This document shows, piece by piece, positions 40,111 through 52,133 of a stretch of DNA of 64,000 nucleotides (positions are counted from its first letter, which is position 1; every line of letters starts with the position of its first letter). The position numbers were made by a program, and so were the translations under genes. The DNA is taken from positions 8,618,001-8,682,000 of the forward strand of contig NC_043022.1 of assembly GCF_006345805.1 (NCBI RefSeq), given 5' to 3'. The DNA is from Octopus sinensis (taxonomy: Eukaryota). A model generated the notes under the pieces. It was not told the DNA's origin. It made no database searches and was given only the letters and a program-made list of their open reading frames with translations.

Positions 40111-40500
40111 TGTACATTTAAACACATTAAAAGGTTTCCATCATAGGACTCCCTTACACTAGAAGGAACTGCTAAAGTCCAATCCACTAATTAGGGATAA
40201 ATTCTCGAAGGGAATGAAAAATAAAAGCATTTACCGGCTATTTCCTGGACCATGGTTTCTGACATTTTTAGCAAATAAAATAATTTGCTAGGCGAAGTCT
40301 TCGTCAACAGGTACGCCAAGATTAAACATATAAAAACATATAAAAAAGTCAGAAACTATGGTCCAGGAAATACATGGTAAATGTTTTTATTTTTCATTCC
40401 CTTCAAGAATTTATCCCTAATTAGTGGATTGGACTTTAGCTGTTCCTTCTAGCATAAGAGAGTCCTATGATGGAAACCTCTTAATGTGTTTAAATGTACA
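40111..40500. mobile_element. Fold-back element with 160-bp arms, hammerhead spanning the left arm and spacer
   Basis: Arms 40111-40270 and 40341-40500 are reverse complements around a 70-bp spacer. TA-rich tracts on both sides. Confidence 0.85.
40244..40311 (-). ncRNA. Type I hammerhead motif, U3 variant, branched helix II
   Basis: Minus strand CCTG-TTGACGA-A-GAC-[insert with the 8-bp hairpin TAGCAAAT/ATTTGCTA]-GTC-A-GAAAC-CATG-GTC^-CAGG, with palindromic ACCATGGT. Confidence 0.7.
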
Positions 40501-40558
40501 AACATATATGTATATGTATATATATTATACATACATATAATATATATATTATAATATA

Positions 40559-40596
<38 letters not shown>

Positions 40597-40629
40597 CCAA
40601 GAAAAAAGCAACAAGAATGGATCGGTAGA

Positions 40630-40714
40630 TTAGTACAATTGTTTTATACTATAAACATTTAATTTCAAGCTGCAAATATTACAGCAAATATAATGTCAAG
40701 TATTCATCAGCTAA
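40630..40714 (-). ncRNA. Hammerhead copy with a G12A core mutation
   Basis: Same as 40976-41060 but reads AGTAT-AAAAC instead of AGTAT-GAAAC. Confidence 0.75.
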
Positions 40715-40975
40715 ATCACATATAGGTTTTCCATATATTCTTAGAGAGTGTAAATATCCTTATGAAGTTATAGGAGTGAGTTCCATGAATCTGAAGTAAG
40801 ATTCCAAGCAGATTATATATGTTTTCCAACAATACAAAGTTTTTAAAATGATTATTAACATCCCAGAGAAGATTAATCTACTCATAAAAATGTGGGTATA
40901 AGTTCCAAGAGGCATGAGGAAAGATGCTGGTCATACCACGGTTAAGTTCGCATATATGGAAAACCTATATGTGAT

Positions 40976-41060
40976 TTAGCTGATGAATACTTGACATTAT
41001 ATTTGCTGTAATATTTGCAGCTTGAAATTAAATGTTTTTAGTATGAAACAATTGTACTAA
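40976..41060 (+). ncRNA. Type I hammerhead ribozyme, canonical core, extended helix II
   Basis: TTAG-CTGATGA-ATACT-[48 nt]-AGTAT-GAAAC-AATT-GTA^-CTAA. All core positions match the consensus, with palindromic ACAATTGT. Confidence 0.85.
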
Positions 41061-41189
41061 TCTACCGATCCATTCTTGTTGCTTTTTTCTTGGTTATAAT
41101 CACCCCACATGATTTTATGGTTAATCCTGGTGCATCTAAGTTAAGTACAATATTCATTTGAATTCATTTGAATCTTAATTGTTTTGCTG

Positions 41190-41235
<46 letters not shown>

Positions 41236-41466
41236 TTATATAGTCTATTGACTAATTTTTCTACGCTAGGCCACTGGTAGTAAAAATTACTAAAATCTTT
41301 ATTACACTAATATTATTAATTATATATATATATATATATATTCAATTAAAACTTTTCAAGTTAGTGTCCTAATATGGTTGCAGTCCAATCACTGAAATAA
41401 GCATAAGATATAAAGGTTCTTTCTCATTCTGTAATTGTTGTATACAATAGTCTAAAGTACTTTGAA

Positions 41467-41797
41467 AGGTGCATGGTTCAGTAGTTAGAGCATTGGGTTC
41501 ACAATCATGTGGCAATGAGTTCAATTCCTCGACCTGGTTGTGTGTTGTGTTCTTGAGCAAGACACTTGATTTCATGTTACTCTAGTTCACTCACTTGTAA
41601 AAATGAGGTGTGACATCTCTAGTACCAAGCTGTATCAGCCTTTGCCTTACTCTTAGATAATATCAGTAGCATAGAGAGGGGAGGCTGGTATGCATGGGCA
41701 ACTGTTGGTCTTCAGCAAACAACCTTCCCCAGATTTGTGCCTCAGAGGGGGACTTTCTAGGTGCAATCCCATAGTCATTCATGACTGAAGGGCCACT
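41467..41797 (+). mobile_element. tRNA-derived SINE family E
   Basis: Head GGTGCATGGTTCAGTAGTTAGAGC..GAGTTCAATTCC then GTTCTTGAGCAAGACACTT. Same family as the mariner host SINE. Confidence 0.75.
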
Positions 41798-42761
41798 TTA
41801 AAGTACAAAAGGTTAAACTTACTACTGAGTTATTCATTGTTACACCACCCAGTCAGTACTCAGTGAGCTTAAGTAAATGAGAGATTAAGACAGACATTGC
41901 TACCCACGTTAAGATCAGTCTCAGTGTATCTGTTGTTGTTTGATAGAGGGTTTTGACGAGGGTGTTCTCTATATAATGACGGACATGGTATTTTGAGACA
42001 GTGAGAGGAGACATTGTTGTTATTTGCCAAATCATATGTGATGTCATGCTCTTGGTAGAGCATGTAAATCATTATATATAAAATGTGTGTGTGTGTATAC
42101 ATATATACAAATGTTTATGTAAATGTACATATATATAATCAAAGCTGTATGTATTTGTGTGTATATATGCATATCTATCTAGGGCAGGTAAAATTCCCGT
42201 GATATATACATATATGTATATATATGTATATATAAACATATACATGCATATGTATGCTTATTTGTATATGCATCATATTATGTATGTGTATTCCTTTGTG
42301 TATATATACAAACACATACACCTGCCTACATACTTACAGGCATGCATACATGCATATGTGCATACACATGTGCATTCTTATTATGGAAAAATTATAACTA
42401 CCCAATTATTTCAGAGCCACAAGAATTCAACATTCTCTTCTCTCACTCTTTGCTTCTTTGTCTCTTTCTTCCTCTTTCACTCGTCTTCTCACCTCTCTCT
42501 CTCTCTCTCTCTTTCTCTACAACATGACTCAGTAAAGTTTTGAAATAGTACAAATTTCCCCTAAAAATTTTTTATGATAGATAATTTTATTTTAAATTTG
42601 TATAATAACATTTACTTAAACATTTATGCCATCGGCAATTCTGCAGTATTCAACTAGCCTCTAGGCACTCTGAATAAAGGGAAAAGAAAAAAAGTATTTA
42701 AGAAAAGTTAAATATAGATTATAAAATTTCTTTTTTTCTTTCATATTTTTTAGTTTATACA

Positions 42762-42793
<32 letters not shown>

Positions 42794-42823
42794 CATACAT
42801 ATACATACATATACATACATATA

Positions 42824-42871
<48 letters not shown>

Positions 42872-43280
42872 TTCTAAACTGGGAAAAGATACTGAAATGG
42901 TACAGTATATAGCTACTATGTGAAATAATTACGAATGCAAGCTTCTTGCAGAAGAAATAAGTAAAGATAAAAATATTTAAAAAAATAAAGAGACCCTTTC
43001 ACTACTTTTGCCAACAATTACAAATAACAATGGTGTTATTAATAATAATTGAAATAATAATAATAATTATAATAATTCTACTACTACACTTGCGAACAAC
43101 TCCAAATAACAACGACAGCAACAACAACAACAACAATAATAATTGCAAAATTCATACAATGTTTATTATTTGATGGAGGCTGGAGGAATCAATTATATTT
43201 TTTTTGATAAGTAAGCAAAATTACATATATGTGTATATACATATATACACTTACACACACATACATATATGTACACATAT

Positions 43281-43333
<53 letters not shown>

Positions 43334-43606
43334 ACACATATATACATAGGCACATACAAATGTAGATATACATATACATACATGTATATGTATATATATA
43401 TATATACACACATATACATATACATGCACACATGCATATATATATATGCACATATTATTGTTGTTGTTATTCTTGATAGGTGATTTCATATACTGCAAAA
43501 ATGACCCATAAATATTTGTTTATATAAAACTGAAGACACCCATATCTATAAATCTAGAACTATACTCATTGAATACTCAAACAGAATGTAATCATATACA
43601 CCTTGC

Positions 43607-43648
<42 letters not shown>

Positions 43649-43724
43649 GCTTTATTATTTATGGTTTGAAAAGTAAATTGTATTACTATTATTGTTATTA
43701 TTATTATTATTATTACTGAGAGGC

Positions 43725-44820
43725 CAGCAAACTGGCAGAATCATTAGCATGCCAGAGAAAATGTTGCTTAGTGCTATTTTGTCTGTCTTTTCATTCTGCG
43801 TTCAAATCATGCCAAGGTTGACTTTGCCTTTCACTCTTTCAGCCTCAATGATATAGGTGCCAGTTAAGCACAGGGGTCAATGTAATCAACTAAGCTATCT
43901 CCACAAATTTTTAGGCCTTGTTCCTATAGTAAAAAAGATTATTATCATTAAGATGGCAAGCTTGTACAATCAATAGAGGATTGGATAAAAAGCCCAGTGG
44001 CATTTCTTCTCATTTTTTTCATTCTGAGTTCAGACTCAATCGAGGTCAACTTTGCCAGTTATTCTTTTGGATTTGATAAAATAAGTACCAGTTGAATTCT
44101 GGGGTTGTTATCAACTTACTCCTACCCTTAAAATTGCTAACCTTGTGTCAAAATCAGAATTATTAGTTCTGCTGAGGTTAATTTTGCTTTTCATCTACCC
44201 TTTTGAGATGGATGAATTAAGTACCAGTGGAGCTCTGCAATCAGTGTAATCAACTAGCTTCCTCCTAGTGAATTTGTGAAAAAGTGGGTGACTGTGGCAA
44301 CAATGGTTAGAGTAAATGACCCTGCTCTAAGCATGCACCTGTAGATTGGTGAGCAACAGTTTTGGAAAGGACTCTGGTTATCAGGGTAATGTTGGTTTTG
44401 TGGGGTCCCTTGGTACCTAGTCGGAGTTTCAGGGGGACTACCTCATTCATGTTATTACATACTTTATATACTATGAATACTTCTATGACATTTGACCATT
44501 CCCCCCCCCCATTCTTTCTTCTCATTCTTTTGTAAATCCCCACACAAATTGTTATCTGTTCTTGGATATTCCCCCCTTATCTATGCCTCTGTGGTTAATA
44601 AAAGAAATTTTTCTTATTATTATTCAAGGAAGTGAGCTGGCAGAATTGTTAGTGCACTGAACAAAATGCTTAGTGGTATTTCACCTGTCGCTGCATTCTG
44701 ACTTCAAATTTACCTTTCATCCTTTCAGGGTCAATAAAATAAGTACCAGTTGAACACTGGTGTTGATGTAATTGACTCCTTCTTCCCACGAAAATTGCTG
44801 CCCTGGTGGCAAAATTTGAA
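43725..44820 (+). mobile_element. Second cluster of family-B SINEs in (ATT)n, interleaved with a LINE 3' end
   Basis: Copies at ~43725-43930, 43930-44160 and 44625-44820, with the same head and core as the 4440-5640 cluster. Confidence 0.75.
44270..44620 (+). mobile_element. L1/Tx1-like LINE 3' end (copy 1)
   Basis: Encodes EFVKKWVTVATMVRVNDPALSMHL-stop (44270-44344), then a UTR with GTAAATCCCCACAC, AATAAA and a (TTA)n tail. Homologous to the 45050-45600 copy. Clade assignment is from remembered similarity. Confidence 0.6.
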
Positions 44821-45049
44821 ATTATTATTATTATTATTATTATTATATTATTATTATTATCATCATCATCCCTATCACACCTTTACCGATGAAAATTAGC
44901 TTGTGCATTTTCTTGATATCACGTTATTTTTTGAGACATCAGGTACCTAGAAATCATCTTACAAGTTCCTACTCTGTCCCTTACAAACAGGCTTTTTGAA
45001 TAAGTGTTATATTGACTTCAATTTCTATATTTTTCATTCATCCTTCTAG

Positions 45050-45571
45050 TTTGCTGATCGCTGTAATGATTGATCCTACAGTGACAGAAATGACTTGAAC
45101 TGATAGGCACAAGGACATATGCTTTCCTCTTTTTGGCAGAGGTCTGATTGACTTCTTCAAATTTCAGTTGAAAAAGAAATTGAGGATGGAGTGGAAGTGC
45201 TGTCCTGGAGTAAGTTTATTGAATGGTGGATAAAAGTTACGAAAATGGCAAGAGTGGATGTTACCTCTCTAAGTGTAGACCTATGAGTCAGAGAAAGGGA
45301 ATTGGAAGGGTCACTTGCTCTTGGTGTTCAGGGAAATCTCAGACAGTGAGGCTCCTAGAGGTCATCCCGTATCAGGAAGGCTACATCTCTATCATCCCCC
45401 ACCTTTTTTTTAAACTTTATATACTATGTATATTTCCCTTCCTTTTCATTGTATACCATGTATACTTACTTTTTTCTTTTTTGTTAATTGCCATTTCATT
45501 ACATGTGAATCCCCACACTGTGTGTGTCTATCTATTGTGCCCCTCATCTACCAAGGTGGCAAATAAATGAA

Positions 45572-45600
<29 letters not shown>
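45050..45600 (+). mobile_element. L1/Tx1-like LINE 3' end (copy 2)
   Basis: GRGLIDFFKFQLKKKLRMEWK, then after a frameshift KFIEWWIKVTKMARVDVTSLSVDL-stop (45284-45286). UTR has GTGAATCCCCACAC, AATAAA and an (ATT)n tail. Confidence 0.6.
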
Positions 45601-45608
<8 letters not shown>

Positions 45609-46771
45609 GTTTTCTTCTGCTTTCTATTATTATTATTCAAAGCAAATACTTTTCATTTCTCAAAAATCAAAACTTTAGCAAAGTATACTGTTTAATTTTG
45701 AAGATTGGGCATGTATGTGTATGTCTGTGTTTGTGAGTGTGTGTAATTTTCTAGTTTCACTTATGTCTCACAGGCCTTTAAAACAGACATCAAAGTTTCA
45801 AGCTAACAATACGTTTGACTTGAATCCTTGAAAATCTACTTAAGTAAATCATTAATCTGTAGAGTGGAGACTTGTCTTGATATAACACCCTGTTGTAAAT
45901 GAACTAAGATCAAAATCTACACCAAGTGGAAAATATATACATAACGAAATGTAGAATATGTTTGTATATATGCATATTTTTTAGTTTACTTGTTTTAGTC
46001 ATTTTACTTGCTTTAGTCATTGGCCATGCTGGGGCACTGCTTCAAAGGGTTTAGATGAAAAAAGCAATAGTGGAGAGAGGACAGACACAACACAAACTCA
46101 AACACACACACACATAGAGATGTGTATGTGTGTGTAACAGGCTTCATTCAGTTTCTGTTTACCAAATCAACTCGCAACATTTTGGTCAATCCAGGACTAT
46201 AGTAGAAAGCACTTGCCCAAGGTGCTGTGCAGTCGGACTGAACTCAAGACCATATGGTTGGAAAACAGTCATCTCAACCACACAGCCACATTTACAACTA
46301 TATAAATAAAGTTGGTCTCATTGGGATTTGAACTCAAAATAAAATGTCAGAATAAATAAGGCAGGATATTTTATTTGATGCTCAAGCACCTCTGCCAATT
46401 TTACCTGTATGTATTTTTCATTTTTCTCTTTTTAATTTAATTTTGACCATCCACCTGCTTGGTAGCAAGGTTCTGAAGGAAAGCATCTTGTTTTATTCGA
46501 ATGCATGCACATACATAGACTTATTCTTTCTTTTATTTTTTTTCTTCTTAATTCAAATAATATCTATTTTATTTTCCTGAAATGTTGTTCAAGGCCTTAA
46601 ATTTTATTTCAAAAATTTGACTCACCTGGATAAATACTGTGAAACACTTTTTGGGAAAATACTGTTGTAATCATAGAATATTCCTAAATGGATAGGCAGG
46701 TCAAGGTTGGATTTCATTTGATCAGATATTTGCTTAATCAAGTTGACCTAGGGCTAAACAACAACAACATG

Positions 46772-47159
46772 GGTGAAGACTTTTCTATGTGATTGCTAAG
46801 AGTGATAGAAATAGCACTAAAATATCCATAAAAATTCGTCCTACTGTCTTACAAAAAGGTAAAATCATAGGTGAGGACTCCTATGTGGTTGCTTAAAGTG
46901 GTGGAAATAGCAGTTAAATCTTCATTGAAACACATCTTAATAGCTTGCAAAAGTAAAAACATAGGTGAGGGCTCTTCTGCAAGGTTGCTCAGAGTGGTAA
47001 AAAAAACCAGTCAAATATCCATAAAAACTCGTTTTACTATCTTAAAAATCATAAGTATATGGGTGAGGACACTTCTATCTGGTTTCTCAAATTACTTGAA
47101 ATAGTAGTGAAATCTCCATCAGACTCATCCTACTGTCTTGAAAAATTGTAAGCACATAT
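46772..47159 (+). repeat. Four diverged tandem copies of a 94-98-bp unit
   Basis: Units start GGTGA(A/G)G at 46772, 46870, 46964 and 47062. Confidence 0.8.
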
Positions 47160-47924
47160 TGAATAATGAAGTCCTAAATACATTCCTCCTGGAAAAAATG
47201 AAAAAAACTGACTGGTCGTAATTTCTAGCTACAAAGTCACACTTCTCAAAGTATCTCTCAGTAGGATTGAACCAAGGGCCAAATGGTTAAAAAGAGAAAA
47301 CCACTGAAACAGATATCCATGCCTCAACATTTGTTTAATTTTGTAAATTCTGTTTATGTTGTAAATTTTGTTAATTTTGTTATTTTTGATGGTTAGGTTT
47401 GGTAACGAATATGAGGCAGGTGCAGGAATAATAATATATATTCTTGTAACTATTCAAACAGAAATCTTCTTTTTCAAAATACCTCATTAATTTAACAAAT
47501 TAACTGTAAATATGGTTAAAACATGTTTAATGAAATATTTGTCTGTACTTTAATTTTTACCTTAAATGGGCATGATTTCAAATTCTTTGTTTAATATGTA
47601 CATATGACTTGTATGTGTGTTGTGTATGTGTGCATACACACATGTGTCTATGAATGCACACATATACTACTAATAATAATAATAAACAGCAGAAGTTAAA
47701 GAATGACCCTAGATCTGAGAGTTTTGTACATTAGCACATATCATTCTCTTTTCCCCTCCCTCCTCCCCCTCTCACTCTTTCTTTCTCTGTTATTAAATAA
47801 TATATACATATGTATATATATATATATATAATTTAATAACGTTTGATTTGGCTCCATGTTATTAAATAATATATGTAACTCTTGCTAAATGTGTTGAATG
47901 CTACTTTCTTTCATTTACCCACTC

Positions 47925-47972
<48 letters not shown>

Positions 47973-48044
47973 TGTGCATATATATGTAGGTAAGTATTTA
48001 TACATATATAATTATGTAGACATACTTTATATATATTAAGCACG

Positions 48045-49054
48045 GGTATGGCTATGTTTGGTGTATCAAGAAATACTGTCTCAAAAGTAATGACAGCTTT
48101 TGAGAAAGGGGGAAAAACCTCATTATTGAAACAAAATTCTGGAAGAAAACCAAAACTTTCAGATAGGGACCCTCACACTCTTATGCGAATTGTTAGAAGG
48201 ATCACAAAAGTACAGCTCCCAAAACTACTGCAGAACGTAATGGCCACCTCAAGAACCCAGTTTCTACAAAAAATGTTCACTGGGAGTTGCACAAAGCTGG
48301 ATTTCATGGGAGGGCAGCAATCAGAAAACCACTACTTTCAAAAACAAACTTTGCAAAACATTGAGAGTGGAGTAAAAGACTACAGAATTGTCCCTAGAGC
48401 AGTGGAAGAATGTTATTTACTTGAACAAATCATCCTTTACTTTATTTCTGACCACCAGCCAAGTATACGTGTGGAGACAGCCAAAAGAAGCATTTGACCC
48501 AGACTGCCTTTTTCCAACTGTTAAACATGGAGGAGGATCTGTGATGATCTGAGGTGCTATATCTTGGAAATCCAGCAGGCTAATGGTTTCCCTTCATGGC
48601 AGAATTAATAGTCACGACTATTTAAGCATTTTATCTAATCAAATTCATCCTATGGTTGCAAAACTGTTTCCGTAGGGAATCGCAGTCTTTCAGGATGATA
48701 TTGCACCAATTCACACAGCTAAAGTTGTTACTGAATGGCATGAGGAGCATTCTAGTGAAGTTGAACATCTTATCTGGCCACCACAGTCCCCAGATCTCAA
48801 TATTAGTAAACATTTGGGGTGCATTTTGGAAAAACAAGTAAGGAGTCGATATCCTCCACCATCATCACTACAAGAACTGGAGACTGTTTTAGTTGAAGAA
48901 TAGACAAAAATTCTTTCGTACACAATTCAAACTTTGTATGAGTCCATACCTCATAGAATTCAAGCTGAAATTACTCCCAAAGGCAGTCCTACCCCATATT
49001 AAAATAAGTTTGTTTGAAATTTTAAGGTATTTCCATTATTTTGTCCAAGCCCTG
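48045..49054 (+). mobile_element. Tc1-family transposon, 5'-truncated (family 1, copy 2)
   Basis: Track ORF 48048-48497 is homologous to copy 1. Downstream frames give FQDDIAPIHTAK and WPPQSPDLNI, with the stop at 49000-49002. One TIR, AGGTATTTCCATTATTTTGTCCAAGCCCTG, at 49025-49054. Confidence 0.92.
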
Positions 49055-49072
49055 TGTATGTATTTATTTATA

Positions 49073-49110
<38 letters not shown>

Positions 49111-49356
49111 CACACACACACACATACTGTATTTACCCATGTATGAGTTGCACTATTTTATACATGGTTTTCACTGAAATATCTGGGATGCAGCTTATAC
49201 ATAGGGCAAAGCTAAAACTATGATGGGGAAAAACTTTTGCACCAAGATTTAACATGAAATTAGAGGTGTCACTTATACATAAATAAATATGGTAGATAAT
49301 ATTTTATACACATGCATGTGCTCACACACATGCATACAATATATATATGTGTCTGT

Positions 49357-49449
<93 letters not shown>

Positions 49450-50275
49450 TGAGGCATACTTGCATGTGCTTGAAATTGCACACACACATTCACATACACA
49501 TATGTTTATTTGTTTTTACTTTTTCCTTAATTCAAAAAATGTCTAATTTTATTGTGGTGGAAATGTTTAAATTATTGATCATAGTAGCAATGTTTGACGA
49601 AACAAGCTGGAGACAGAGTGAGAGTGCAAGTGTCTGAGTGAGAAAGAGAAAGAGAGAGAAAGAGATTGTAGCACTTTTGTTCAACGAAAGAATTTTCTAA
49701 ATAAATAAATAAATAATGTGCTATAGAGTACACCACCAGCTTTCAAAAACATGTCTTTTCTTCTTCTGAACTTTTCCTTTACAAATATTTTCACAAAGTT
49801 CCATGTTTATCACTTGGGTCAGTGCTGTATTTTCTATACAATAAATTATGTCACAAAATGCTTAAAATTGGAGAACAATGAAAGTTAATTGAGGTTCCAT
49901 TGTTTCCGTAACTTTTCCTTTGAAGTAAAAATTAAAAAAGAAAAACACACACACATATTCATGCATCTACTTCGATTGATATAAATACACACACACACAT
50001 ACATACATACACAAAAGATACATACATGCATATGCATATACTTATGTACATACATACCTACTTATATACATACAGGCATACATATGTATACACATACACT
50101 TACATATACATACTGTCGTATAGAAAGCCAAACACAAAACAAAAGAAATAGAAGAAAAAATCATCTATTCTTCATTTAACATAAGTTATATATTATTTAT
50201 ATGTTATTCATTTTTGGGTGTTTTTAATTATTATTATTATTATTTTTATTATTGTTATTATTATTATTATTATTA

Positions 50276-50307
<32 letters not shown>

Positions 50308-50640
50308 CACTACTGAATATTGTTTTTGTTTTCTTTTAGTCTTTCATAGCTTTTGTCTCATCCTCATCCTCCTCCTTCTTCTTCATTGCCTAAAATTATT
50401 GTTTATAATGTAACAAATGAAAATTTTCTCTCTCCATATACAAAGTTCTTTCTAATTTTTAAGTATTTATATTTTATGTTATTTATTGGGCTGTTTTGGT
50501 TAAGTACGAAGGGACAAAATAAGTAACATGTGTATACATATGCATATTTATATACTTACATATATATATATATATAATATATATATATATACGAATGTGT
50601 ATGTGTTTGTGTGCACATCTATGTATACACCACACATATA

Positions 50641-50683
<43 letters not shown>

Positions 50684-50761
50684 TTATATAAGTGTATATA
50701 TATATATATTCATTAAAACTGTATCATAATACTTTTATTTGCACATTATATTTCACCAGTA

Positions 50762-50797
<36 letters not shown>

Positions 50798-51606
50798 TCA
50801 ATCTTTATACTTTTTGGTATTGTCAACAATGGATTGTAATATTTGATTTTGTTAATGTTTTAAGGGGGAAGTTTTATTTAAAGAAAAAAAAAACATGGTG
50901 AAACACAACTAAAAGCACACAAAACAGAATATTATATAAAATTCTATAAAAGACATCAATTAATAAGTCTTTGAGTTCTCAATCAACTTTTGTAATTGTT
51001 TGTTTTTTTTTCTTTTTGCTAATTTAAAAAAAAATTTTCCTTTATGACATGTTGAATGAATACAATACCTTTTAGTTTACAAAATTGCAGGATTTTTTTT
51101 ACATATATATATATATATATACCCCTACATCATAGTAAACTTATCCAAACTTGTATAGATTATTAGCATTGTTGTTATTTTATTATTATTTTTTTTGGCA
51201 AATGAAGATATAATATATTGATTAAATTTATTTCAAAAGTTTGAAACTTCTCAAATGTATCAAGAAATATATATATATTTATACAAAAATAAAAGTATGT
51301 GATCTTTAATATCTCGTAGCTGCAGAATCTAAAACTGTCTGATTACAAACATTAAAATATTTTTTCTTCCATATGTGTGTTTCTGCATTAGTGTGTATGT
51401 ATTTATACACATGTATAAATTTGTATGTAAATGTTTTAATTGTATAACTTGTGTCCTTATGTGTGCGTATGTGTACATGTATGTAAGTATGCATACACAC
51501 ATCTATGTACGCATGTAGAATATTATTAATTGTATAATTTGTGTCTCTGTGTGTAATATGTATGAATGTAATGCATAAATATAATACATATAGGTAATAT
51601 ATATAT

Positions 51607-51645
<39 letters not shown>

Positions 51646-51647
<2 letters not shown>

Positions 51648-51851
51648 GTGACCGCGTGTATACCATTAGTGATTTTTTTCCTCCGTCTTCCCTTCTCTGG
51701 ATCTTTCCTTTTCCTATGTTTCTGATGAAGAGCTCCGCTCGAAACGTTAAACCCTCCTTCTTCCCTTCCTTCCTGAGTGTCCGATAATACTATATTTGTT
51801 CCATGTCCTCGCGTTGTTGTGTTTTCCTTTTGTGTTTCATGTTTGAATTAC
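51646..51851 (+). mobile_element. Penelope-like pLTR fragment in (TA)n
   Basis: Pyrimidine-rich ~205-bp insert between two (TA)n tracts, carrying a minimal HHR. The downstream CCTGAG..TAATAC block is shared with the 8490-8675 insert. Confidence 0.7.
51718..51752 (+). ncRNA. Minimal type I hammerhead ribozyme motif
   Basis: GTTT-CTGATGA-A-GAGC-TCC-GCTC-GAAACGT-T^-AAAC. Helix III is reduced to the ACGT palindrome and the triplet is GUU. Confidence 0.8.
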
Positions 51852-51869
51852 TATATATACATATATATA

Positions 51870-51923
<54 letters not shown>

Positions 51924-52088
51924 CGTAAAGTGTACTAGCCATCTGAATGTGGCTAGCCACTGGGGGTGGGTGTTACTGACGCTTTTAGCCCCAGGAGATC
52001 GACGTCTCCAGCTGGCCTTAGACACAATTTCTGTGCCCTTATGATATTTGCAAAGGGAGGTCATCCTCCCTCGAAAACCTAAGTGATA

Positions 52089-52133
52089 CATACGGACTAT
52101 AATTTCAAGGTTTTTGTCTCTCGTCAACGTATG
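52089..52133 (-). ncRNA. Type I hammerhead ribozyme motif, U3 variant (inverted copy)
   Basis: Minus strand CATACG-TTGACGA-GAGACAAAAACCTT-GAAAT-TATA-GTC^-CGTATG. Confidence 0.7.

Larger units (their letters stand above)
40592..41098. mobile_element. Fold-back element with 147-bp arms, each containing a hammerhead motif
   Basis: Arms 40592-40738 and 40952-41098 are near-identical reverse complements around a 213-bp spacer. (TA)n on the left. Confidence 0.85.

Noticed and set aside
40111-41098. Interpretation of the two palindromes as ordinary MITEs or Foldback DNA transposons
   Set aside because: No shared TSD or transposase-type termini, and the arms contain or cut through hammerhead motifs, which favours a Penelope-type origin.
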